DNA of 37,837 nt from a virus (lineage: Duplodnaviria; Caudoviricetes). This document shows, one piece after another, positions 16,993 to 26,800 of the stretch (position 1 is the first letter of the stretch; every line of letters starts with the position of its first letter). Made by a program: the position numbers and the translations under genes. The stretch lies in IMG/VR virus record IMGVR_UViG_3300012347_000374, positions 1-37,837 of that record; one strand, written 5' to 3'. The notes beneath the pieces are model-generated. The model ran no database searches. It saw nothing but the letters and a program-made list of their open reading frames with translations, and was not told where the DNA came from.

Positions 16993-19227
16993 TTATGCCC
17001 CCGCCGTGCGCAAACCGTAGCGCGATTCCATGGCGCGTGGCATTGAGCCCACGCCGTTAAACACATCGTCAGCCATAGAGTTTTTCACCATATCGACCAA
17101 CACCGTCAAACCACCCTGCCCGTCAGGCTGTGCAGACACTTGGGCCTGCGAGTTGTTGTTGATGATCTGCACATTGATGTTGGAGCCCCCGCCGCCCTTC
17201 ATGGTGACGGGTATGGTGCGACCATCTGGCAGGGGCACGTATGCCTCATTCATGCGGCCTTCACCAAACAGGGCAAGCTGAGGGCCTGTGGCAATGCCGC
17301 CGTTGCTGTAGGCGTTCATGGGCAACGGGCCGCCGCTACTCATCACGCCGCCATTGGCAAATTTGCCGCTCGGTTTAAGGCCCAATCCACCTGTGTTTTG
17401 CCCAGATGTAAGCGAGTAGTCTGTGCCGCCAGATGATGGCCCAGCAAACATGCCGCTCATGGCCCGTGCAAGTGGCCCAGTGATGCTTTGCTGCACTTGA
17501 ATGCGAATCAGGTCTGAAATGATCGAGTCGCTCAATGACTTGAAATCTAGCTTGCCAGTTTTGACAAAGTTCACCATGGCGTCTTCCATGCCGCGGAAAG
17601 CGTTTTGCACGGCGTTGCGGGTGTTTTCGCCCATGCGTTCGGCGCTGCGCCAATAGTCTTTCATGCCTTCGCTCAGGCCGCGCAGGGCGTCGTATTGTTT
17701 GTCGTATTCGTCAGCGGCTTGTTTGGCGTACTGGATGCGAGTTTCTTGCGCTTGGCGCTCGATCTCATACATCATGGTGGCGGCCTCAAACGCATCAAGG
17801 TTTTCTTTTTTGACCTTGCGCTGAATCTCGATTTCTTGCTCGCGCACTTTGTTGGTCAGCTCAAACTCAAAGCGCAGCCGCGCTTGTTCTTCGGCGGTCT
17901 TGCCAATGAGCGACACCTCAAACTGCATGTCGCGCGCTTTGTCTGCAAAGGGCTTGACCGTGCTTTTCCACGCTTCCTCTACGGTCACGCGGCGTTTTTC
18001 TTGGTCGATCAATTCGGCCAATGAAAGCGCCTCGTTCTTTTGCGACTGCGTGAACTTCTCGCTACTCAGTGCCAGTTGACGCTTGACTTCATCGGTCTTG
18101 GTGATCGTGCCGTTTAGGGCCGCATATTGCGTTTGGAGGTTGTTTAGGAAGTTGGCAGAAAAGTCGCTGCTGGCCGCGCTGCCAATACTTGGCGCTGATT
18201 TTTTCTCGCTTGTACGTCCGTATTTGCGAGAGACAGCGTCACCGTTATCACCACCACCTGCAAGCGCTTCTTTGGCTTGCATCTCTTTGAGGTAGTTGAG
18301 CTTCTTTGTAACGTCTGCAATGTCTGCATCAAAAGCCTTGGTGTCCCAGCCGTTGGCGAGGTACTTTTCACGCGCCTTGCCGAGGTCTTCAAGCTCTTGA
18401 CGATAAGTCGCCATGTTTGATGCTTGGCTCTTGAATGGGTTGATGGTCCCAAGCGTCAAGATGGCATCCATAAAGCCATCGGTGTTTTTTCTGCCGATCA
18501 AAAATTCTTCACTGATTGCGATCAATGAAGGCAACAAGCCCTCCATCAAAGACACGCCTGCGGCCTCGGATGCAAGGCTTAATTTTTTGAGGTTGTCGTT
18601 AAATTCGGCGGCTGACTTTGCTGCATCGTCAGAAAAAATCACGCCAAGTTTCTGACCTTCTTCGGTCATCCGCGCAATGCCATCCGCGCCTTGGTTCAGC
18701 AGCGGAATCATGTCTTGACCGGCTTTGCCAAATACCTTTTGAGCGAATGCAGACTTCTCAGCTCCGTCTGCGTAGCTGGCAAACTTGGCGGCTACATCAA
18801 CCAAGATTTTGTCGGTGTCGCGCACTTGGCCATTGGCGTCTTTCACGCTCACGCCGAGCTTGGCGAACATTTCGGTTTGCTCTTTGCTGCCGCCCGATGC
18901 CTCGCTGATGTTTGCGCTGAATTTCTTGAGGCCCGCCGCCAGTTGGTCAAACGATGTGCCGCTGGCCTCGCCTGCGTAGCGCAGGGCGCTGAGGCTTTCG
19001 ACAGAGATGCCAGATTTTTCGCTCAGGTCATCCAAGCGGTCGAGCATGTCCACCGCGCCTTTGAGGGCTTGGGCTGAAAACGCCGCCGCAATGGCCGCGC
19101 TGATGGCCGGAAAGTAGCCAGCCAAGGTGGAGGCAGACTGGCCCAAGCCTGCCAGGTTCTTTTTGGCAGACTCTATGGCGGCCTTGGTTTGGTCGCTTGC
19201 CGATATGACAATTTTTGCTTCTGCCAC
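16993..19227 (-). CDS. Tape measure protein
   Basis: 744 aa Ala-rich helical; lambda-type C-terminal TGKLDFKSL..SII.DL.RI; FANGG/GE...EA..PL. Confidence 0.93.
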   Translation of the reverse strand: MAEAKIVISASDQTKAAIESAKKNLAGLGQSASTLAGYFPAISAAIAAAFSAQALKGAVDMLDRLDDLSEKSGISVESLSALRYAGEASGTSFDQLAAGLKKFSANISEASGGSKEQTEMFAKLGVSVKDANGQVRDTDKILVDVAAKFASYADGAEKSAFAQKVFGKAGQDMIPLLNQGADGIARMTEEGQKLGVIFSDDAAKSAAEFNDNLKKLSLASEAAGVSLMEGLLPSLIAISEEFLIGRKNTDGFMDAILTLGTINPFKSQASNMATYRQELEDLGKAREKYLANGWDTKAFDADIADVTKKLNYLKEMQAKEALAGGGDNGDAVSRKYGRTSEKKSAPSIGSAASSDFSANFLNNLQTQYAALNGTITKTDEVKRQLALSSEKFTQSQKNEALSLAELIDQEKRRVTVEEAWKSTVKPFADKARDMQFEVSLIGKTAEEQARLRFEFELTNKVREQEIEIQRKVKKENLDAFEAATMMYEIERQAQETRIQYAKQAADEYDKQYDALRGLSEGMKDYWRSAERMGENTRNAVQNAFRGMEDAMVNFVKTGKLDFKSLSDSIISDLIRIQVQQSITGPLARAMSGMFAGPSSGGTDYSLTSGQNTGGLGLKPSGKFANGGVMSSGGPLPMNAYSNGGIATGPQLALFGEGRMNEAYVPLPDGRTIPVTMKGGGGSNINVQIINNNSQAQVSAQPDGQGGLTVLVDMVKNSMADDVFNGVGSMPRAMESRYGLRTAGA

Positions 19228-19240
19228 TGTTCGCCCTTTT

Positions 19241-19579
19241 TTACGCCACTTGTTTACGCCATTGGCGTAATGTTTCTTGTTCCATCACTTGCACGGCTTG
19301 CATCACTTCTTGCCACTCTGCCCTTGGCACACGCTCAGAGCGTAGGAAAAGCTCCAACGCCTCCATGCGCAAACCTATCGGGCCATTCATGCCCATGGTC
19401 CACTGCGTGGCCATTTGGCGAAACACCAAAAACGGTGTCACGTTTTCTGGCCACACATCCAAGCTGTCGGGCTCTTGTGGGCCGTCTAGCTTGAGTCCGA
19501 AGGCTGCAAGCGCTTGTTCTTTTTCGTCTTTGTCCTCAAAGCCGTTGACAAGCCTGCTGGCAGCCTCAATCAGTTTTTT
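19241..19579 (-). CDS. Tail assembly chaperone GT C-terminal part (DUF1799-like), reached by -1 frameshift
   Basis: VWPEN....VF..MATQW.....GP.GL...ME..L motif; frame opens across the slippery site. Confidence 0.8.
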   Translation of the reverse strand, partial: KKLIEAASRLVNGFEDKDEKEQALAAFGLKLDGPQEPDSLDVWPENVTPFLVFRQMATQWTMGMNGPIGLRMEALELFLRSERVPRAEWQEVMQAVQVMEQETLRQWRKQVA

Positions 19580-19899
19580 CGTTTGGCCTCGGTCAGCTCG
19601 CGCAAATACGTTTTGAAAATCTCGCCATGCGCGGCTGGGTAGTTCTCTAGCAAGTCGCGCAGCGCGGTCGTGCTGAAAGGCACTTCCTCGCCCTTGTCGT
19701 CTTTCATGCCCACCCAACCTGTCAGCACTTCGGCCAGCAATGTGGTGTCGTCTTTGCTGCCGGCGTCTTTCATCCACGCGCTGAGCGCGGTTTTGTTTTT
19801 GTGTTTGAAGGTGACGCGCAGCTCGACGGGCTCAGGAATACCGGCCACGCTCAGTGGCACAGCGCATTCAAAAGTCGGATTTGGGTTGAGTTTGAACAT
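19570..19899 (-). CDS. Tail assembly chaperone G
   Basis: MFKLNPNPTF...GW...PFS...KN; between tail tube and TMP. Confidence 0.88.
   Translation of the reverse strand: MFKLNPNPTFECAVPLSVAGIPEPVELRVTFKHKNKTALSAWMKDAGSKDDTTLLAEVLTGWVGMKDDKGEEVPFSTTALRDLLENYPAAHGEIFKTYLRELTEAKRKN
19573..19579 (-). other. -1 programmed frameshift heptamer A AAA AAC
   Basis: CGA AAA AAC TGA; -1 frame reads KKLIEAASR into the downstream ORF. Confidence 0.85.
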
Positions 19900-19906
19900 G
19901 GGTTAA

Positions 19907-20866
19907 TTACTTGCAGTAGATGATGAGGTCGTCGTTACCAGCCACAGGCACAGAGCGCAGGTCGAAGCCAATGAGGCGGCGACCGTTGGCGTCTGTCTTG
20001 CTGGGGTTAATCAGCTGCGTGGCGGCCATATACACACCCACGATGGAGCCAGCGGCTGTGCCGTGCTCTAGGCTCATGCTTTGGGTGGTGTTGGCTTTGA
20101 CGCTGCCCATGAATGTGACTTCTTGCGCGGCAGTCAGATCGAGGGCGATGGTGCCTGTGACGGTGCGTGATGTGATGTCGATGTACTCACCACCCAGCAA
20201 TGGGGTGTATTGCACGCCGTTGCCAAGGTCGAGCTGCAAACCCTGTGAGGTGTAGCTAGTGCCAGCGGTGACCACGCCTGCGGCGTAGGTGCTGCCAAAC
20301 TTAACGTCACCTGTGTTGGGGTCGGTCACGACAATGGGTTGCTTCCATGATGTGAGCGTGGTGGATGGGTTGGCCACGGCTGTCACGCCGCCGTCTTTGC
20401 CGGTGAAGCTGAAAGCCAAAGCGGGACGCTCGCCAATGCCCAAGGCAATTTTGACTGTGCCCTTTGCGCCCAACAGCTTGTGCAGCACGCCATCGTCGTA
20501 GTAGTACAGCGTGGCGCTTTTTTGGTTGCTTGGGGTGTCGGGTGCGTATTGCTTGTAGGCGGCTGCACCGGTTTCGGCAAAGCCACACGCGCGGAGCAAT
20601 TCACCCCAAGGTGCGGCTGTGCCGGCCGTACCGCTGCCCGCCAGTTCTACCGTGAAGTCGATGGTCACATACGCTGTGCCCACCAGTTGCTCAGAGCCGC
20701 CAAAGTAAGGGCGCACCACATCGCGGTCCACGTTTTGCGCGTTGAGCGGGTTGACGGTGACGTTGCTGATGAGCAAGGCATTGGCCGCGCCTGTGGGGGT
20801 GGCATCGGTGCCTTCGGTGGTTTCGATTTTGGCCAACAAGGCGGTGTTGCGGATATAGCGTGGCAT
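19907..20866 (-). CDS. Major tail tube protein
   Basis: 319 aa; LAK.E.T.GTDA.PT, ELAGSGTAG.AP.WG.LLRACG; position before chaperone. Confidence 0.88.
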   Translation of the reverse strand: MPRYIRNTALLAKIETTEGTDATPTGAANALLISNVTVNPLNAQNVDRDVVRPYFGGSEQLVGTAYVTIDFTVELAGSGTAGTAAPWGELLRACGFAETGAAAYKQYAPDTPSNQKSATLYYYDDGVLHKLLGAKGTVKIALGIGERPALAFSFTGKDGGVTAVANPSTTLTSWKQPIVVTDPNTGDVKFGSTYAAGVVTAGTSYTSQGLQLDLGNGVQYTPLLGGEYIDITSRTVTGTIALDLTAAQEVTFMGSVKANTTQSMSLEHGTAAGSIVGVYMAATQLINPSKTDANGRRLIGFDLRSVPVAGNDDLIIYCK

Positions 20867-20871
20867 GTGAT

Positions 20872-21303
20872 TTACTCCAAGGTAAGGTGTTGTGTGCGGT
20901 GCTTGACGATGTAGGTGAGCTGGGCGCAGCCCATGCGGTCACCGTCTACGTCGTAGTCAAAATTGACAGAAATGAATTGGCAGTCGGCCACCAATGCGCC
21001 CAGCGTTGGGTCAGCGGCCAAGCGTGCATAAGTGGCTTGCATGATGGCGTCCACCGCCAAATCGGGGGCCAGCGTGGCGCTGCGTGCGTAGCACTCGACC
21101 ACCACAGTGGTGTCAGCATTGACGGGAGCGCCCATGATGGCCAAGCGGTCAAGCTGTGAATCTTGCAGGCGCACCACCACGGCGTCTGGCCACTCTTGGG
21201 CGGTAGGCCGAATGCGTGCGCGGTGAATTTGGGCTGATACGGGTGTGCCAGCGCTCAAGGCGCTGACCATGGCCGTGACCACATTGGCAAAAGCGGTGGT
21301 CAT
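20872..21303 (-). CDS. Tail terminator-like protein
   Basis: 143 aa, L.ADPTLG.LV.D motif, between head closure and tube genes. Confidence 0.7.
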   Translation of the reverse strand: MTTAFANVVTAMVSALSAGTPVSAQIHRARIRPTAQEWPDAVVVRLQDSQLDRLAIMGAPVNADTTVVVECYARSATLAPDLAVDAIMQATYARLAADPTLGALVADCQFISVNFDYDVDGDRMGCAQLTYIVKHRTQHLTLE

Positions 21304-21590
21304 GCTGCCACCTCCAAAAGCAGCTGGCTCACGCCAGTGCCATCGGGCTGGTGTACGGCGACTGTGTAGGTCTTGCCGTTCACCACTGCGCTTTTGCCAA
21401 TGGGGTCTGTTGGCACATCAGCCGTGCTCAGGGTGAGCATGGGCTGCGTGCCAGACATACCAAAGGGGCCAACAGAGCCCAGCTCGTAGTTGTTGTCGAA
21501 GATGGCCTTCACAGGCGCACCATCCAACGTGGTGGCAACTGCAAAGTCGTCCACGTTGAAAAATGCGGTGAGGTCTTCGGTAAACGCCAT
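21300..21590 (-). CDS. Head-tail joining / head closure protein (FII-like)
   Basis: MAFTEDL..FF..DDFA...PDGTG.S.L.LE. Confidence 0.78.
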   Translation of the reverse strand: MAFTEDLTAFFNVDDFAVATTLDGAPVKAIFDNNYELGSVGPFGMSGTQPMLTLSTADVPTDPIGKSAVVNGKTYTVAVHQPDGTGVSQLLLEVAA

Positions 21591-21621
21591 GTGAGCTGGG
21601 TCTGTTGGTGTGAGTTGGCAA

Positions 21622-23625
21622 TTAAGCGGTGAGCGCGTCAACCATGGTGGCGAACGACTCGACGTTGCGGATGGCCACATCTACGTCTTGCAATGCCACC
21701 ACGCGAACCGTGCCAGCAGAGCTGCCTGTGTATGGGTCAACCATCAAGTCCAAGCTGCCCCACATGCCGATCATCAAATCAGCAAAGTTGCCGAAGATGA
21801 TGGCGGAAGCCACGCCAGAGGCAGTGCCCTTGGTCAAGTTGCTTGGCACACCGTTGGTGATGGCGCAGTTGTAGCCGTTGAGTGGGTTTGAGCCTGCGTC
21901 CCAAATTGGCTGGCCGTTTGAGGTGCCAAACTTTTCTGTGGACTTGAGCTTGCCGCGCACTTTGGCGTTGGTCAGGTAGCCCATAGTGCCCACATCGGCG
22001 TTGGCGGCTGCAATGGCAGTTTCCAACGCGATGATGTTGGCCCATGTAGGTGCTGCACCGTTTGTGCCGCCCACCACGCTTGGTGTGCTGATGGCTGTCA
22101 AGATGCCTGTGGGTTGGTTGGATGCACCAGAGCCGTTGATGGCGGCTTGCTGAATGGCCAAGCCCAACACGGTGGCCAAGTCGGTTTGCACCATGTTTTC
22201 CACAGCGATGCTTGACTGCAACAGCAAGCGGCGGCTGATGTCGGTGAACGCGCCCACGGTCTTGGGTGTCATGGTGACTTGACCGAAGGTTTGTTGGCTT
22301 TCTGTTGGCGCTGTGTTTTCAGCGACCCAATACGCAGTGGCTGCACCGGTTTGCTTGGGGATGGCGATTTGGCCAACCAAGCCTGTCAACATGCGAGCGC
22401 CCAAGCCGTCGATGACCATGGCGTTGCGCAAGATGTCGATGAACGAGCCAGAGAGCAAGTCTGTGGCCACGGTGTTACCACCGGCTGTGGGTGTGCCCAC
22501 CAGCAAGTCACGCTTTTGCACTTCGTTTGGCACAAAGAAGCCACGGGCCGATTTGCCTTGCACCTTGGCCACGGCTTCGGAGCACTCGCGCTCAAAAGCG
22601 GCTGCACGTTGTGCGGCTGCATCGCCAGGGTTGCTCAGGGCGTTGATGGCACGCATCACGCTGAACTGCTTGGTTTCTTCTTTGCTCAAGCCGATGTCGG
22701 CTGTTGGCACAGGCTTGCTGGCCAAAGCGCGGATGGCTTCTTGCTGGAACTGTTCGACAGTTTTGCCTTCTTGGATGGCACGCATGGCCATGTCTGCACC
22801 GCCGGGGATGGTGGCTGCGATTTTGGTGATTTCGGCGGCGTGGTTACGCTGCTCTGCGACTTCGATTTTTTCCATGATGATTCCTTTGGAAGATGGTTTG
22901 TTGATTTGTTGGCGGCTTTCGTCGGTTGACGGAAGCACGGCCACGGGCTCGGAGGCTTCTTCTTGCTCACCATCTGCTTCACTGTCAGACCAAATGGTTG
23001 TTTCAACCACATCGCCAGAGTCGTTCCACACAGTTGTTTGAACAGTCAATGCGCGTTCTTCACCCTTTTGCTCGGTGCTTTGGGTTTCAAGGCTGCGGCC
23101 CACGCCAACGCTTGCGTCAGCAGGCACGCTCACCAGCGAAACCTCGTAAGGTTCAAAGTCAGTCACGCGGTAGGTTTCCACACCGTCCTTTGTGCTTTCT
23201 AAGACTGCCTCATGAATCATGTAGCCGAACGACACGTTGCGACGGATGCCGCCCAGCACGTCTTGCCACACTTCCTCTGCGCGGGCGCTTTTCCCAAAAC
23301 GCACCGTGGCACGGGCAACCCTGTCCGCACCTATCTCAACAGATTCGACGACACCCACTACGTCACGCACATCGTGGTCACAGAGTAGGTTTGCACCACT
23401 GCGCAGGCGACCTTGGCGCATACTTTGTGGTGCGATGTTCAAAACTTCAATACCCCACCAGCGCTCATAGGGCGTTTCGCTGGCAAAGGCCAACGTGGCG
23501 GTGCGTGCGGCTTCGTCTACGGCGGCACGGTCAACCAACAGCGCACGCTCTAGCTTGCCGCCCGTCTTGGCGAGGTGGCCGCGCAAGGTGTCTGGCACAA
23601 GTTGTTTGGTGTGTGTTTGGGTCAT
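21622..23625 (-). CDS. Prohead protease - major capsid protein fusion (HK97 fold)
   Basis: N-terminal protease (LL.DHD, VSFGY, EVSLVSVPAD), acidic linker, C-terminal capsid (WVAE, G.G...QPTGI, IIFGNFAD, VDPY). Confidence 0.93.
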   Translation of the reverse strand: MTQTHTKQLVPDTLRGHLAKTGGKLERALLVDRAAVDEAARTATLAFASETPYERWWGIEVLNIAPQSMRQGRLRSGANLLCDHDVRDVVGVVESVEIGADRVARATVRFGKSARAEEVWQDVLGGIRRNVSFGYMIHEAVLESTKDGVETYRVTDFEPYEVSLVSVPADASVGVGRSLETQSTEQKGEERALTVQTTVWNDSGDVVETTIWSDSEADGEQEEASEPVAVLPSTDESRQQINKPSSKGIIMEKIEVAEQRNHAAEITKIAATIPGGADMAMRAIQEGKTVEQFQQEAIRALASKPVPTADIGLSKEETKQFSVMRAINALSNPGDAAAQRAAAFERECSEAVAKVQGKSARGFFVPNEVQKRDLLVGTPTAGGNTVATDLLSGSFIDILRNAMVIDGLGARMLTGLVGQIAIPKQTGAATAYWVAENTAPTESQQTFGQVTMTPKTVGAFTDISRRLLLQSSIAVENMVQTDLATVLGLAIQQAAINGSGASNQPTGILTAISTPSVVGGTNGAAPTWANIIALETAIAAANADVGTMGYLTNAKVRGKLKSTEKFGTSNGQPIWDAGSNPLNGYNCAITNGVPSNLTKGTASGVASAIIFGNFADLMIGMWGSLDLMVDPYTGSSAGTVRVVALQDVDVAIRNVESFATMVDALTA

Positions 23626-23651
23626 AGGTGGTTACTTTCGCAAAATGGCTT

Positions 23652-23683
23652 GGAAATGTTCAGCGAGGATTTCAGTTTTTTAC
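23652..23683 (-). promoter_or_regulatory. Late promoter element, copy 2 (exact 32-bp repeat)
   Basis: GGAAATGTTCAGCGAGGATTTCAGTTTTTTAC identical to 34311-34342; upstream of the capsid gene. Confidence 0.8.
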
Positions 23684-23889
23684 ACACCCAAGAACAGCAG
23701 GTCGGTGTCGCGCTTTTTGCGCGTGCGCTGTGCTGGCACAGGGTGGAATGGGACGAAGTGCCACGCGGGGCGGCCACGGCGCTTGCCCTTGGTTTTGCCA
23801 GCGGGGCTTTGGCCATCGGTGACTTGGCCCCATGTGTTTTTCCATGTGGCCAGCCACGACTTGGCCCATGCTGACTTGCGCATACTCAT
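23680..23889 (-). CDS. Small basic Trp-repeat protein
   Basis: ATGA overlap and GAGGTGG RBS; SAWAKSWLATWKNTWG. Confidence 0.7.
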   Translation of the reverse strand: MSMRKSAWAKSWLATWKNTWGQVTDGQSPAGKTKGKRRGRPAWHFVPFHPVPAQRTRKKRDTDLLFLGV

Positions 23890-26800
23890 GGGGCCACCTC
23901 TGAGGCTGGGCCCCATTCGTCACCCTCTGCACCTGTGCCATCCACAGGTACGTCGTTGACGTACTTGATGTTGGCGGCGATGGGGGTGGTGGCGGCAGCG
24001 GCCAGCACATCAGCAGGGATGGCATCGACCTTGGCCTTAATGACAGACAAGCCATGCAATGTGGAAAGGTAGTTAGCACCACCCAATGCGCTGATGATTT
24101 GCGAAGCCAAGCCAGCTGATTCAGCGGTGGCGGGGCTGCCCAAAATGATGGAGTAGCCAGAGGGGTTGCCACGCACGCGGTCATCGGCGCTTGCACCTGT
24201 GTCTGCATGAATCACTGGACAGGTAATCTTGACGGTATTGGTGCTGGCATCCGTCAGGTACATGCTGATCGGGTTACCAGTTGGGATGATGATTTTTTGA
24301 CTTGTCGAGTTGGCCGTGACAGGCGATGTCCATGTCCACACCAGATCGGGCAAATGCTGGATGCGCTGAGTGGCTTGGTACAACTCAGCAAAGCCAGGTG
24401 ACAAGATGCCGTCAGTGCTGTTGGCTACAGACACCTTGTTGGATGTTTCGTCAAAGTTAAAAATGGCCTCAAGTGCAGCGTCAAACGCCATGGTGTATTG
24501 CGGCGTGTTGTTGGCACTGATGTGATAAGCAAGGCTCAAGTCAATCGACAAAGACAGCGTGGCATCGAGCGTGACTGTTTTCCAGTCGTAGCCGCGCACA
24601 CGGGCTTGCAATGTGTACTCGGCTGCATCCACCACGATCTGCGTGCTGTTGCCTGTGCCACTTGCTGTTGTCCAAGTGGTCGTGCCAGCCTTTTGCCAGC
24701 GCAAGAACCATGTGACGCCAAAACCTTGAGGATCGAGGCCGGTGACGCTTGCGCGGCTACCGTTCACGTCAGCCACGGGGATTTCGTTGGCCTGCGATTC
24801 GATGATGCCTGTGGTGCGCACTTGAGAAACCAAGTCGGTTGTCAGACCACGCACAAAGCGAATCGACTCGTCCACGGTGTAGTCTGCCAAGCTCAATGTG
24901 CCACCAGTAGACGCGGCCACGATGTTTTGCTCAATGGCAAACGATGCCCACTTGTTGATGATCGCGTTATACATGCGCTGGGCGCTCCATGCGAGCGTGC
25001 CCGTGGCGGCTGCAATGATCTTGGTCGTTTCGTTGACCGTAATGAGCGCGGCGTCTGCTGCGCCCGTGGTGTCGTTGATGTAGTTAGCGTCAACTGCACC
25101 GCTTGCGGTGTAAGTGACCAAGCCCTTCTTGGCCGTGGCGGCTGTGAACGTCACGGAGTTGGCAAGCCAACCCTTTTGACGGAAATCAGCCGTCCAGTTG
25201 ATGGTGTTGATGACCGTTTTATCGTCCAAGCTGTCCACGAATGGCAGGAAGCCGTCACTTGCACCCATGAAGGTTGGGTCACGGAAAAAGCTAGACAGTG
25301 CAAGCGTTGAAAGTGCCGCTGTCTGCACTTGAAACGCTGGGTAGCGTGTGGCCATGGCAGACGGCGTGAATCGCACTTTAGGTGCATATCCATCTTTGTC
25401 AGTGCTGATTGTGGGACGGAAACCAATCACGCCATAGAAGCCGCTTGAGCCTGTCGCAGTAGCACCAGCCGCCCATCGAAACAAGCCGCCCGCATTCATC
25501 ACGGGGTCAACCCAATACCACTTGTTAGCAGAGCCAAAGGTGTTTGGAATTGTTGTCAACGCACCTGTGTAGGTGTAGGTGTCCATCAAAATGTTGGACG
25601 TGCCATTTCCGAAGATCGCGCCGCCGTACTTGAAGCCCACCATCTTGCTGTTGTTGCTGGTGTAGCCCATCTGCCAAATGACGTTTGAGGCTGTACCGTT
25701 GACCGTGAAATTGTTGATGACTGAGGCGGGCAAGAAGTAGGCGTGAATGGCCACCTGCGCCCCATTCGGGCAGTTGAGTGTCAGCGTTGAGTTGCTGATA
25801 TTCCAAGTGGAGCCAGCCTCGGAGTTTGAAAAGACTGTGCCAGAGCCGCCAGACACAATGTTGTAAGTTACGGTGCTGTCGCTCATGTTGAGCGTAGACC
25901 CGCTACGGAACTCGCTTGTCGCGGCCGCTCCATAACCGAGGCCGGCCGTAGGGCTAACCGTCAACGAAGAACCGTTGGTGATGTTGAGCGTGGATCCGCT
26001 TTGGAACTGGAACAAGTCAGCGCGAACCGAAGGCGTCCACACCACGTCATCCTTGTTCAAATTCAGCGACGATGTGTTTCCAAACGTCCAAGCTGTTGAA
26101 CTATTGAACGTGTTGTTATACGTTCCCATAGTCAGAGCGCCGCCTGTGACGTTCATTTTCCAAGGGCTTATCAGGCTGTATTTGCCGCCGGCGCTTGCTT
26201 GGAAATCAGCCTGCGTGCTGTTAGCTGTCAGTGCTTGGCTGTATTGGCCAAAGGCATAGACCTCATCAAGATTGTGCGCCGTGGAAACGGTGTAAATGTC
26301 GTTTGTGTAATCAAGACTTAGACCCGTCAATGCAGCAGCTTGTGCGGGCGTGACGGAGCCATAAGCAGGGTCTGACAACATGAAAACGGGCTGTGAATAT
26401 GCCGCCGTATTCAGGCTGTACGACACAGACTGAGAGATATATCCGTTTTTGCGGAATTGAGCCACTTGCGAAATCGTGTCAACAAAGCTGTCGCACACTC
26501 GGTAAGAGCTGATGCTAGTTGTCCAATTAAGGATTAGCGCCTGCGTTGCAGCCGAATAATCACCAGCCTGCACAGCATTTACAAGCGAGGTGCTGCCGCT
26601 CTTGATATAAAGCGTTACGTCAGAAAGATTTGCGGCAGTTGAATCATTAAATTGAAACGACACGGTGCGCGGGAAATTCAGCACGTTAGTGCCGCCATAA
26701 CGCAAATACTTTGTTTTCAGGTCATTCAAACCCCAGCCAGCGGTGTCTAAATTAATGTTTGAATACGTTTCAGTGGTGCCATTTGAGAAGCCGCCGAGAA

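Noticed and set aside
19254-19270. Palindrome TTACGCCA-T-TGGCGTAA resembling the CI operator
   Set aside because: Half-site spacing is N5 rather than N3 and it lies within coding sequence; probably coincidental or an RNA hairpin
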